64,000 bases of DNA from Rotaria socialis (Eukaryota): NCBI GenBank assembly GCA_905331295.1, contig CAJNYD010000061.1, positions 63,877-127,876 of the forward strand, given 5' to 3'. Shown piece by piece: positions 38,203 through 51,368 of the stretch. Position numbers and translations under genes: made by a program. How positions within the stretch are numbered: position 1 is the stretch's first letter; each line of letters starts with the position of its first letter. Below the pieces are notes generated by a model. That model was not told the DNA's origin. It saw only the letters and a program-made list of their open reading frames with translations, and ran no database searches.

Positions 38203-41200
38203 TTAATGAGCAGTTAATGCTGATGTGATGGGCGGCAATTGTCCCGATGACGATGGGCGAGATCGGCCACCACCAGCTGTACCAGTACGAGCATTTCCAG
38301 ATTCAATATTTGCAATTTGTTCATTAAGTCGTTGAATTTCACTTCGTTGTCGGTGAATTAAACTTTCTAATTCTGTTTGTTTTTCTTTAACTAAATGATT
38401 GCCTTGGTGTGTGTTCAAGGCTTGAACAATTTCTTCTGTTGTACGTGCTGCTGTTTTACGACTGATACCCATAGCTGTTTGTAAATCTTGTAATTTAACA
38501 CGAGCTGATTTTAATTCACGTCTTAAATCATTGATTTCTTTGATTAATGTAACATTTTCCTTAGTTGAATAAAAATAAATAGAAATTTAATTTTTTTTTG
38601 TTTTCGGAAAAACTTACTTGCATTATACGAATATTTTCCATTTTATGTCGATCAGAATCTTTATCAACTTTGGACTAAACAGATAATATATTATGATGAG
38701 AAATAGAAGAAGCGAAGATAGAAGTACCTTAAGGCTTCGTACTGTTCGTTCAAGATGATCACGTTGTCGAGCATACTCTTTCGTTATATCTTGATCAATA
38801 GTTGCTTCTTCGGTCTATAAAAAAAGGAGATTTTGATTAAAAAATATTTTTTTCAGTTTCGAGTACTGCGTGATAATCGCTTTGCGTTATCTCACATTGA
38901 TCACGAGAAAATAAGATTAACAGTACGAAGGTTGACTGATAGATAAAAGTCATATTCGTTTCCAATATTCGCAATATTGAAAATAGAAAACTGATTAAAG
39001 ACATCAAACTGACTTTAATTTAAAAAACAACATTTCATATGAATTGATCCTATTAATAAATAGACGGCACGAACTCGATCTTTATTGTCGATACTGTCTC
39101 GTAAAACTTGCACTTATTATTGATAAGACTATGTCTTAGGACTTATTTTTGATTTCCCAAATGATTTAATCATTAATTCAAGGATTGGGCATTAAGTAAT
39201 TATATGAGAGCGAATAGTCCCTCTATTGTGACGAATCATTCAAATGTAATGTTGAGCTGCATAACATAATATTTCGAAAGAAGGGCGAAGAATAATTTAT
39301 ATATCAACCCACGGAGTCTTCAGAGATTATCATTCTTGAGACATTGAAAAAGCATGTCAGATTACCGTGGCTGATAGAGCCTTTTGTATGTGAAGAAAAG
39401 AAGATGTCATGTTTAATCGCTCATAAAAAAAACTAAAACTCTCAAAAATGGTTATCTATTAATAGAACTTCTTTTGATAGCAGTAAAGTTGAATTCATAA
39501 AACGGGCACCATGGTTTCGCGTGTTCTTTCAAACAAAACAAAAAGCCATTCGCTACAATGAAGTTCCTTTTTCCAGCAGACACTGATAGATATGATAAAA
39601 GCACGTTGTTTTAAAAAGAGATTATCTCCAATTCAACACTTACGGCATCGTCACGAACATATTGAGCATAGATTTCAGCAACACGTTGTGTTAGTAATTT
39701 TGGTTCAGTTATTAAAGCTGAACAATTATGTATATCAGTTTTAATACGCTTCAATGCTAATTCGGAATCTCGTTTCTATGAAGACGAAAAGCCTAGATAA
39801 GAAAAATAAAATATCAATAGATAACAAACCAATTGTTTTTCTTGTTGTAAGGCCAAAGCGGACGCATTTAATTTTGTACGTAATTCTTCGTTCTTTAATT
39901 TTTCTTCATCATTACTCTTGCTTAATCGTTCGAGTTCAGCTTCCATCTGGATAAAATCGCGTTGAATTAATAATATAATAGAAAAATAGATAGATGCTTA
40001 CATTAGTTATTTGTTCTTTCATTTCTTTAATTTCAATTTCGCGTGGTTCAATTTGTTTCTTAAGTTCTTTGATCTTATAATCAAGTACGAATTTGAATTT
40101 CTCTAATTCTTGATTTTTACGTTTCAATTCATAAATACGTTTTTCCTAGCATTCAATTGAAATGATAAATTTTTATAGTAGAGTTTTTGTCGTCTAAATG
40201 ATCAATTACTTTGTCTTGAATCGTTTCATCACGTTCTTGAATTTCTTTTTTCAATCCTTCAATATCTTTTTTCAAACCACGAATAGCATTTTGTAATTTG
40301 GATTCTTCATTTTTTAAACTAGCTAAATCAGTATCTTTCTTCTTAATTGATTCTTCGAGATCTTTGACCTTAAGAAAAAAGAATATTTCAAAATGAATTC
40401 TTACATTTTTGTTCTATTAGTATTGGCATACTTTTCGTTGAAATGTTGTACTTTTATTTCGTAAATTAGCATTTTCTTCTTTACATTCGATTAATGCTTG
40501 TTCATGTGTTTGCATTAATTTAAGAATTTCTTCATCAGCATCTTCTTCAATTTGTCGTTTCGTTTCTTCATGATCACGAGATTGTTGTTTATTTTTTTCA
40601 CGTTCCTAAAAACAAAATGATTCATCTACATCTCCTGGATTTAGTTTGATGAAGCAAAGCAAAGGTTTAAAGTTTTTTTTTCAAAAGAACACAGAAAAGT
40701 ATTCTGACAGATCAGGACGAGTAAAACGGAAATTTGCTTATTTTCCGTCAATTAGCGGAGAAAAAAATAGAAACTCTAAGACCGTCAACTGGCTGTAGTT
40801 TTTCGATGTAAGATTGCATCCAGTATTACTAGGTTGATTGGCGACTGCACCTTTTAAGTTTTTGGCCACTTCTTTGTGGGATAGGACTAGATTTAGGATG
40901 TTGAAACTGTAAAATAGCTGTTTGGCCACGTCTAAGACTAATTCCGACTGCTACTGTCTTTCAGTTTATTTGTAGAAAAGAAGAAATTCTATTCTCGAGA
41001 ATCTTTTGATATATGAGAATTCTAGTTGTATTCATAAACTTACGAGAATGAGATCATTTTTTAGTTTTTCAAGTTGTGCCGTATATTGCATTCTTTGTCT
41101 TGTACCTTCTTCTTCTTTACGATTTTCTAATTCAGTTATTTGTCGTTCGTAGTCTTCTTGTGTTTTTTGAGTTTTAGCTTGAAGATCTTGATATTTTTCA

Positions 41201-44200
41201 TATTCGAGCATCAACTTTTGATTATTGGAACTCTCTAGAACAGAAAAATATTTCAATTCATTCCATATAGGTAAAATAAAATGCAAAATCGCAGCTGAAC
41301 ATAAGGATAAACTTACAAAAGCTTTTTTCTTTCAACTAAATAAATTCTATTCGCATTATTTTTCTAAAACAATTGAATATTTGATTTACCTAAATCTTGT
41401 AATTCTTTGTTTTGTTTTTCGATGAGATCATGAGTTTGTTCGGCATGTTTACTAGATTCTTTCTCTTTTTCGCCTGTAATGACTGTGTTTTTCGTTTTTA
41501 AATTTTCCATTTCTAGCATAAATTTATCTGTTAAATCGCGTATTCGTTCGGCATAATTCATTTCTTTTAATTTAAGTTGATAATCATTTTCCTCGCGTAA
41601 TTCTGCAACACGCTGTTTCAATTCACGAATTAATGAATTCTAATATTCGATAAATATTCATTTTATTTTGCTGAAACAAAAACAAAATTAGCTTACTTTC
41701 TCTTCAAGGTCGCTCTTCGTAATAAGAATTTCTTCGGCATATGTCGTTTCTTTTTCTTTTTTTGAAACACCAATTTCTTGTAATTTCCATAAGATGACTA
41801 ACCCATCATCACCAACTGAGACAGCATATTCATCTTGAAATGTGACACGCAACTAAATGAATAGACATATAGATAGAAAAATTGTCGCAAGGAGATTCCA
41901 GGACGACTGGAAAAGTTTAGAAGAGTTCGTTCCGACGAGTAAGTCACAGCTATTGTAATAAAATCTCAGATATTTAGTAAAAAAGAATTCAAGTTTGAGT
42001 TTATTTTAAACAATATTTTTTTTTCTTTTTAAATTTACCCGATTAATCATTCCAACATGACCGATGTATTCTGTATATTCGTCCGATTTTGTTAATGGAA
42101 ATTTGTATGATCGAATAGTTCCCTTGGATGTACCGACTAGCAATGATTTACCCGTGTGACTAAGTGCAATCGTTGTAGGTTGCACATCATCTGGTATAAC
42201 TTGAACTTCTCGTAGAATTTGCTACAAGCATCAATCAATGGTGTATTTATCTAAATTTTCATTCAAAAAAAAACTAACTTGAGCATCTACAATCTCTTTA
42301 ATCTTTCGGTCGGTACCAACAGCATAGACTATTTTTGAATCGGCACTTAATCCGAGACCTGTATAACCACACGCTTTAAGTACAGCTTCATGTAATCGTT
42401 TTGATGTAGCAACTTCCCATTCGTAAACTGCACCGTCCATACCGCATGAAAACAAGCGTGTATCATCTGGCGACCAAATCAATTGACGGACCTACAATAG
42501 AAAATTTATCTTTATGTTTTGCTGAAAAATGATTATGAACAAACTTTTCCATTGTGCCCCTTTAAATTTGTAACATTGTCAAAAGTAACTGTTGAATAAA
42601 TTTGTATCACATTTCCATGTACAGCAGCGAATAAATGTCCACCATTACTAAATAGTGCTTCACGACAACCACGAATAGAAAATTCTTTAAAGGGACGAAG
42701 ATCATCAATCAAAATTGTAAATAATTTTAATTTATCAGAGAATCCAACAAGAATAAATAGACCCGACGGATGAATAGAGACAGTATATGCTTCTTCTTGA
42801 AATTCTTTACATACTTCGAGTGTACTAAAAATTAAACAAAACAAATATCGAATTTTTATTGTTTCTGTAGAATTCTCGATAAATAAAATTGCTCTGCATG
42901 TTGTGTTTCACTATTCCAAAAAAAAAAGGTAACGAAGTTTACTGAACAGCAAAGAGAGAAGGATTATATAGTTTATCACGGACAATTTCTATGTTATAGT
43001 TTAACTTCAGTGCTAATAAGTGATATGCTTCTGTCTCAATCATATCTTTACCCTGTTTCATAGTTCCAAAGACGAACTGATTTATCGACACCACAAGTAG
43101 CAATAAGTTGTTTTCGAACACATGTATCAACTCCAGTAACTTGAGCATGATGAAAACCTTCTGTTAAATATGAAAACGTTGCTACATCCTAGAAGAAAAC
43201 AAAAAAGAAAAGAATTATTATTCGATATCAATGTCAATTAATTCATCTGACTTTTGTGATATCAATGCCTGAAAATGACAATTGGTAGATTTGTTGAAGA
43301 TCTGTTAAAGCAACAAGTGTTTCTTCAGATGGACTTAAACACATTGAAACAACTCGTTCATTATTTGATTTATCAGTTGGATCAACAGGTAATAAAATTT
43401 CTCTATTACGACGAAAATATTCTCGATTGTCATCGACTCGATCAAACATATAGACTTTATTAACACCAGCAGCAACAAGAACACCACGTGAAAATGGAAT
43501 AATACATTTAATTTCGAATTTTCCTATGTAATCGGAACTTGCATTTATATCCAGACTACTTTCAACTAAACCTAAGCGTTCGTCTGTTGTATGATGACTG
43601 GCTACGGATCTAAAGAAAGAAAATAATTTTTGTTTTTCAAAAAAAATTACACCGCACCTTGGTTCAGATTTAGAATCGATTTTAATCTCATGTAAAATTT
43701 CTCCATTTTGTATAACAAATAATTTGCCTTGATCTGTACCCGCTAATAATCGATCATCCGAGATCCAACAATGACATGTAAAATTGAAATGTTCTTGTTT
43801 TAGATTTTGTGATGGTTTCAATGCTGATTCAGCATAACGAAACATTTTAAATAGGCCATAACCAATCGTACAAATTTGTGTATTATCTTGTGGATTAAAT
43901 GATACCTTTAAGTGAAATGAAACGTTAGCGAATAGATCAATGAGAACAGAATCAATCAAACCTGATTAATTGTTGCATTGGCTTGTGGACCTGTTGGGGG
44001 TTTAACATCGAGGTGTGCCATTACTTTACTTTTTTCCCATGACCAATAGATAAGTGCATAATCTGGAGCACCGCCTTGAGTCAGGAGATATTTTGAATCC
44101 GACGAAAATAGTAACGAGACAATTTCATTCGATTTTATTAATTCTGATTGTAAAGTTTTTCTACGTTTGCCCGATTGAAGATCATAGATTGTGACTTGTG

Positions 44201-44507
44201 GACGATCGTTTATACGTTCTGCAACAGCTATTACACGTCGATTAGGACTAACAGTCATTGTTGTTAATGCTGAAAAACACAAAAATATTTAAAATATAAA
44301 TAAAGATTCGAAAAATGATTTGAATTTACCTTGCGCGCTCATGGAACATGGAATGACCCGTTGTGCTTTCTGGTCAATACCATACAAGACAATATTGCCA
44401 CCAGCAATATAGACAACGGTTTGTTCATCTTGAAATGCTAAACCATTAGTAACAGAACTTCGGACACCGATAATTTGTTTGATAGATAAAAGACCGGCTT
44501 GAGACAT
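38203..44507 (-). CDS. CFAP57: Cilia- and flagella-associated protein 57 (WDR65): WD40 repeats + coiled coil, multi-exon
   Basis: [133 protein letters not shown]. Confidence 0.95.
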
Positions 44508-47054
44508 TCTTTAGAAAAAAATTCTCTCCCAAGAAGATACAGTAACTATTGTTTTATTTGTTGACAGGATACTTAACACTCTATTGAAAATCAACAAATG
44601 TAAATTCATCTATTCTTTCGTATGTGTATGTGAATACGGGAGACCATTTTTGATTAGCATATCCATGACGACCATCGAGTACAGAGAAACAATGAAATTA
44701 ATCGATAATAATAATAAAAAAAAACAAGATTTCGTTGGTTATAAGCAAGCAAAAGAGAATTATTGAATAATATTTGTAAAATTAATTATACAATTGAGAT
44801 TATCAAATTGACTGTAGCGCCCGGTAATGAAATCATTTTACATTGGTTTTGCTTAAGAAGAAGAAAGAAGCGAGAGGAGAGGAGATCGTGTTGAATGATT
44901 TAAGAAGTCCCGTCGATATGGGAAGGAAATATATAGATGTCAGTATAGCCTGAGGAAAAATAACGCTATAAGATTTAAGAAATTCGTTTAAAATGAATAG
45001 AAATACTCATCAATTACATCATGGATAAGAATTCGTTCTATTATACTTCTACAATATTTCCAGGATCTGTAATGGCGGAGCTGCAAAAATCTTGCTTTAA
45101 ACTGAAGCTCACGATTTTATCTTCGAAAGTATACGCCAGTTGAAAAAAAAAGCCTGATTTGGGTGATTGATTCTGTGGCGAGATAACTAGTATTCTCCTC
45201 TATTCATACTCACTACTCTGTGTAACAAGTCGAGATTTCGCATAATTGGCAAAACGTTTTAGTCCAATCAAAAATATAAGTGAAGGAAGATGAGCTAGTT
45301 TTCGGAAATTAAATAATCAGATCAAAAATTTCAATTGACATATATTTAGAGAATTTCTTTTTTTTTCAATTCAGCACTTTATTCTGTATCTGACAACATA
45401 AATGTTAGGAGTTCGAAAGCACAATATTGCCAAGTAAAACAAGAGCTAGTATAAGATTCCTATACAACGATAAAGCGAAGGAATCTTTTACCACACATAA
45501 TAGTAGAAAGGCAATAATCTTCTAGTTTCGGTGTGAAAATCATAATAAGTGAGGCACTCATATATTTTAACGATACATTGGCTTGACAGAAAAAATAAAA
45601 CATACTTGAAATTCTTTTTCACTAAAAATTCTTCTGAAACAACATCAGTACTTTTTATGCATTTGTTGTCAAATATTTGATTATGCTTCTAATTCATTTT
45701 ATATCGTTTCATAGTAATATTCAATTAACCTTTTATCTAGTTTGCGTCGTTTGTGTTATTCTTTTAGATTCTAGATGGTATTCATAAAATTATCGCCAAT
45801 CTAACGAGAACAATAATTCTGAAACGAATTAATTTACATAATCTTGTAGTATTTTTATTTTTTATCTCTTTTTGCCATATGTTTCGGCAATGCGGAAATC
45901 TCCACGTATTTATAGTAGAAAAATTAGCTCAATATCTGAACAATCGTATTATGGTAGTCATAGCATAGTAGAATCCTCGATCTTGTCGATGTAAGCTGGT
46001 GTTTCAATTATAGTACAAAGTATTACTGACAGTATTATTTAATGAAACGATAAAACTAAGATGTCACTAATTGTTTGATCTCTTATATACATTATCCAGA
46101 GAGTTTATGCCTATGCATGTCTAAACGATCAAATGTTCTTGTAGCTTGTTTAGTGATGTCTAATTGTGACTTCTTTGCCGAATAATAGGCGCATGAAAAT
46201 ATGTTGAATGAGTAGATACTATATGTATCGTGAAGGAAAATATTGAAAGTCGCAAACTTATCAGTGAAGCTCTTCTCTATTTTTCTTCTAGCAAAAAGTC
46301 GACATAAAAACTTATGAATTTAAAAAACAGTGATAACATATATGGGAACTGAATAATCAATATCTGTCGTCAGCTTAGATTTACAAGAAACAGAAACACT
46401 ATAGTAAGAAACCATCTGATGATGATACGTCTCACAAATATCCTGCCAATCTCTTTTGAGTTAGGAAAATCGAGAGAGACTTTATTAGAAACCTCTTTTG
46501 TTACGAAACTTCACAGGATTCGTTTGACATCATTTTTTTCTAAATATGCAGTGCTTGTCCAAATTCTCTTCTGTGTATCGCAATATAATTATTCTGAATG
46601 TCTTTGTGCACTCAGTTTTTGTTGATTATAGCTGCTTGAATATTTGAGACATTCTATTGAGGGGCTTGTGCTTTTGTCAAACCAGAGTAATTCCAGCAAA
46701 GCTTTGTCAACTCCTTTTAACTTTTCACAGATTTCTCTTCCTCCACATCTTAGTACAAAATGAAGATTGCCTTCTTATGTGTTCTCCTATTTGGCCGTTG
46801 ACCTTATTTTTAGCACTCTGTATGAATTTGAGAAATGATAATGTTGTCTGCATTTTGTTCAATCTATTTTCTAATATAAAGAAGTTTACAAGATTCTAAA
46901 TGATGCTTACTGCCCATTCCATAGGCCAACATGTGATACCTAGAGCTTTTAATGTTGCCAATATATTGAAAATACTATCTATTAGATGAGCGAAGTTTAA
47001 TGTTTCAAATATTCTGAGTATGAGTTATTTTGCTTCGAAGAAAAATATATGCTT

Positions 47055-48077
47055 TTATTGCGTATTTTGAGGCAAACGCTGAGTGCACATTAGTTTGCGA
47101 ACGATTTTGTTTTTGAGAGAGAATAAACCATTTCTATATATGCTTCCACCAGCAAGAATATTAACATAAAATGGCATTCCGACTGCAAAAAACGTGTTAA
47201 TCAGTGCAACTTGATAGATAAAATTTTCAATCGTCGTTTGCAATGCAGATTTTTGCATATCCATTGTTAATGTTGCATAAAGTTTTTCAATTGCAAGTGG
47301 TAAAGTAAATAAACCTAAACAGACTGATTGAACAAAAAGCATTCTAAATAAACGGTGATCTATTTTCTTTGAACTCTTTCGAGTGGAAATCTTCTGGGTA
47401 GCCACATTTGCAATAGCTACAGCTGTAGGTTCAACACGAATTCGAGTTAGTCGCATATTAGATATAGTCATCAAGCCAAACAGTATAATAAATATCAAAG
47501 GAATTAGAATAGTAATTATTGCAAATGTTAAATCATTCATTAGTCGACATGGAATATTTTTTGTAAAACATTGTAATGGCGTATCAACAAGATTAGCTTC
47601 ATAGCAATAGAAAAGTTGCGAATGTATAATAATTGATATGATTGTAATGATACCTATGCCTCTAAGAGAATTTTTCATTGAACTCAGTTGTCGACGAAGA
47701 GCATTCGTAGATGATAGAAGCCATCGATCAACACTTGCGAACATAATCAACCAAAATGTAACTGCTCGTGATGAGAATATAATAAAGCCACGGAGTCTAC
47801 AAATCCAATTAACTGTTGCTGATAAATCAGTTGTTACACCAGACAATACTCGAGAAACAAGACCAGATACAATTGCAATAATGCCAGCAGTTGATGATCC
47901 AAAAAAAATGATTGCACATGAGTTTGTGCGAAGCGGTCGTTGGGATAAGATCAGAATATTCAGAATATTACCAGCAATACCAAAAGTAAATATGAACATT
48001 CCAAAATAGAAATTTATTTGTGCAAGCACATTGTTCAAATAAGCAATAAGTAGAGCATCGGATGGTGGAGTTGACAT
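47055..48077 (-). CDS. Intronless class A (rhodopsin-like) GPCR, ~340 aa
   Basis: TM1 GIAGNILN, Cys in WICRLR, TM3 ASVDRW, ECL2 Cys, TM6 FTLPL, TM7 PFYVN. ATG at 48077. Confidence 0.85.
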   Translation of the reverse strand: MSTPPSDALLIAYLNNVLAQINFYFGMFIFTFGIAGNILNILILSQRPLRTNSCAIIFFGSSTAGIIAIVSGLVSRVLSGVTTDLSATVNWICRLRGFIIFSSRAVTFWLIMFASVDRWLLSSTNALRRQLSSMKNSLRGIGIITIISIIIHSQLFYCYEANLVDTPLQCFTKNIPCRLMNDLTFAIITILIPLIFIILFGLMTISNMRLTRIRVEPTAVAIANVATQKISTRKSSKKIDHRLFRMLFVQSVCLGLFTLPLAIEKLYATLTMDMQKSALQTTIENFIYQVALINTFFAVGMPFYVNILAGGSIYRNGLFSLKNKIVRKLMCTQRLPQNTQ

Positions 48078-48609
48078 TAGCTTAATTTTATTTCTATCAA
48101 CGAAAATAGTAGGTAGGTTACCGGTGTTACACTCTCGCAAGCAGTGCTAGTTTGTTTTCAGCAAATGCAGTTTTCTGTGAAGAAAACAGAAAAAGACAAT
48201 TACTTTACCTTCAAAATTAAAATAATTTATACTTGACAACGTTACATCATGCAACTTTGATTGTTGTTCACAATATCGTGTCTTATCAACTATTTCCGCA
48301 GGATTTCCGCAAGTGCAAATATACCAATAAAAAGTACTCATCTCATACAATAAGTGATATTAGAGTAATAGGATTTCGCTTCATCAACTCAACTACTTTA
48401 TGATTGGCCTTGAAAATTTCTTTTTTAAAAGTAACTCATAAGACTCCTGCAGCTGGTTAAAAACAATCTGTCTAGCATTTTTATATCGTGACATTTTGCC
48501 AAAAAGTACACCGCCATTGCTATTCTCGTGACAGCACTGGTGTGCATGGTTAACACGAAGAGTTTTTCTCGTGTAGCATAATATAAGACTATACAAGGGG
48601 TATCTTGAG

Positions 48610-49054
48610 TAGAAGTGCTACTTTATCTTTATTGATCTTTATATTTATAAAATAAAGATAAAGATAATCTTTATTTATAAAGATAAAGATAATCTTTATT
48701 TATAAAAATAAAGTTAAAAGAAAGAAAAAAGAAAGATTTTCTACAGTCACTGGTAAATAGATGAATAATTTGTATAACAACAGAAAACATTGATTGCAGT
48801 TCTTGCTTGTCATCACTGACGTTGCAGTATGAAACAATACGAGCAAATGATGGTGAGGCATAAATCATTTATGGAAAAAAAAATCTAGTGTTCAACATTT
48901 AATAGCCTTGCACTTCTTAATTTTCTTCGAGCTATCGGAAGAAGACCAAATTTTGGGTTTTTAAGGAAAAATATTTTTCTTTATTCTTTATTTTATAAAG
49001 ATAAAGATTATCGTTATCTTTAAAAAGTAGAGTAAATATAAAGTAACACCCCTA
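48610..49054. mobile_element. Non-autonomous hAT-type element (445 bp)
   Basis: Imperfect TIRs tagaagtgctactttat / ataaagtaacacccta; 8-bp TSD atcttgag at 48602-48609 and 49055-49062; subterminal aaagata repeats at both ends. Confidence 0.85.
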
Positions 49055-50021
49055 ATCTTGAGATGTTCGATTTACCATTAAACAACTTCAATCTTATTCC
49101 ACATTCACTGAAATTTTCAGAACTACCGTCTACAATTCCTATGGCATTGTTTCTCTCGTGGAATTGGAAAAATTCAATGTCCTAAGATTAAAGGCGCAAA
49201 TATTCCTTAGATTATATTCTACTTGAAGAAAATTCTATGAATCGCATGAAATACGAGTGCAAATTATTGTGATCTCTCTCACCAGATGTTGTTCATTTTA
49301 CTGCTCATATTTTTTTGTATGTCATGCAAGTTGGTATCGACTGTTCAGGCTTGATTAAATATAATGAGCCTGCGCTATCTAACATGAAAGAAAAATCATA
49401 TGCATGATTATCCTTGTTAAAAGGGCACGCTTTAAAATCACACAAACAATCGATTATGATTGTATCATCATAATCTGATTAAAATAAAGCAGTAATCATG
49501 ACATGATAGTCGATTTTTAATCAAGTTTTTAAGATTTCTTTACATATAGGTAGTAGCATTGTTGGCTAATAGAAATGAAGTAACCCCTGAATGATAATGA
49601 TAAGTTTTATTCATTTGATTTTCTTTAACATATGCTACATGTCAATTGTGATATGGCAACCGAAACAGTTTTTATCAGGGCAAGGTTTGACTTTTTCATA
49701 TGTTTCTTGACTTTCGTTGGCCATGGGAAGTCTTATTTTTCGCAAAAGACGAATATAGACTTTATCTTTGGATTCAGCGCATATTGAAACGATGAATTCG
49801 AATTGATAATAAGTTATTCGTTGATTCAAACTAATTGAATCGAATGAATGACTCAAGACATATAGACATTATGGAATAGAACATAAAGGGTTCCACTTGA
49901 AGTACGTGGATTACTTGATTAAAATAATATTTCATATATTAGAATTATATACGAATATACAATATTTGTATGAGAGGAGAAAAATGATTTTGAGTTAAAG
50001 TGATATGAGTCATATATCATA

Positions 50022-50240
50022 CAGTGGTGGCCAAACTTATTCGACCACTGTATAAAAAATATTAATTATTCTATATCTTCTGAGCGATGGAATTAGCTAA
50101 TTAGATATCTGCGACTTTTACCATGGTGTCTCGTGTGTTTATGGTCAGGCTTAAGTCAAAATTTCGTATGTTTCATTTTTTATGAAAACGAAAAAAGCAT
50201 GCAATCAGTTTTTCATGGGCCAAATTTATTCGATCATTTG
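50022..50240 (+). mobile_element. Tc1/mariner-like terminal remnant
   Basis: TA|cagtggtggccaaacttattcgacca at 50022, with an inner direct repeat ggccaaatttattcgatca at ~50218 (IR/DR-like). No partner end identified. Confidence 0.45.
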
Positions 50241-51368
50241 TTTTCCCGCCATTTCTGGACGCACGTATGATTATACAATTTTCTTGATGGTACATTATTA
50301 GAAAGAACAAGTTGATTTCTATATGATGATAGAGTATGTGTTCAATTAGTATATAGCAAACGAAGAAAATTTGGTGATTCTTAGTTACTATGGTCCGAAA
50401 GATTTAAACAGACAGTTTCTCCCACTAAAATTCAACCGATTTCTATGCATTGTACACCATTAGAACGAGTTTTGTGTAACCTAAAGTTGGAATGATTCAG
50501 TCCAATATGTGCTGGAAATGGGTTGACCCTTTGTGCATTGTGTATGATTTTGTAACAAAAAATAGATTGGCATCACTAAAACAGTATGTACATTACCAAA
50601 ATGCTACATACATTAATCATCTAAAATATTTCTAACATCCATTGATTTTAATTTGATAAATCATATCTTTCATAATATATGGGTTTGACTGGTCTTAATC
50701 AACTTCATTCGACGGTTCTACTTATTAGTTTCGGGCCAGTTAGTTATAGTTTATACATTTAATATCCACGTGAATGAATCTAATCGAATCCTATCAGTCG
50801 ACAAATTTCCATGCGATTCCGAGTTGAGGAACTACTAAATTATTGTTATTGATTCTACCAATGCAAATCAGACGCCCATATGACCATATTAATCGATTTA
50901 ACTGATATGCCATCAAAAACTGAAATTAATGGTATACTGATCATGAAAAATTTCTGCATTCAACTGTTTTTGAATTCCACTCATAGACGGGAATTAAATC
51001 CTTATTAATATTCAAATACATTGGTGAACTTCAAAAGAATCAAAATCCTAGTTAGGAATATAATATTCTCATATCTAGAAAAAATATCTACGGATGTACG
51101 ATTTTTTACAAAGTTTACCATTTGCTTGTAAATCATATCAAAACATTATAATTGATTTTGAAAGCGTTGATTCTTGTCAGTCTAATCTTGAATTACACCA
51201 AGCACTAGCATGTCTATCCTTAATATACTTTATCAGAAGTCGAATTTGAATTTGTTAATTTTTGGACTATGCTTCGAATGCATATATAGTTTAGTCTATT
51301 GCGAATGAAAAAATGTGAAGGTGAACATATTGCCTTCTAACCAACCTATAAGGATAATGAGATATTTA

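Noticed and set aside
44540..44760. RFX X-box-like motifs upstream of CFAP57
   Set aside because: Only weak half-site matches, not distinguishable from chance by eye.
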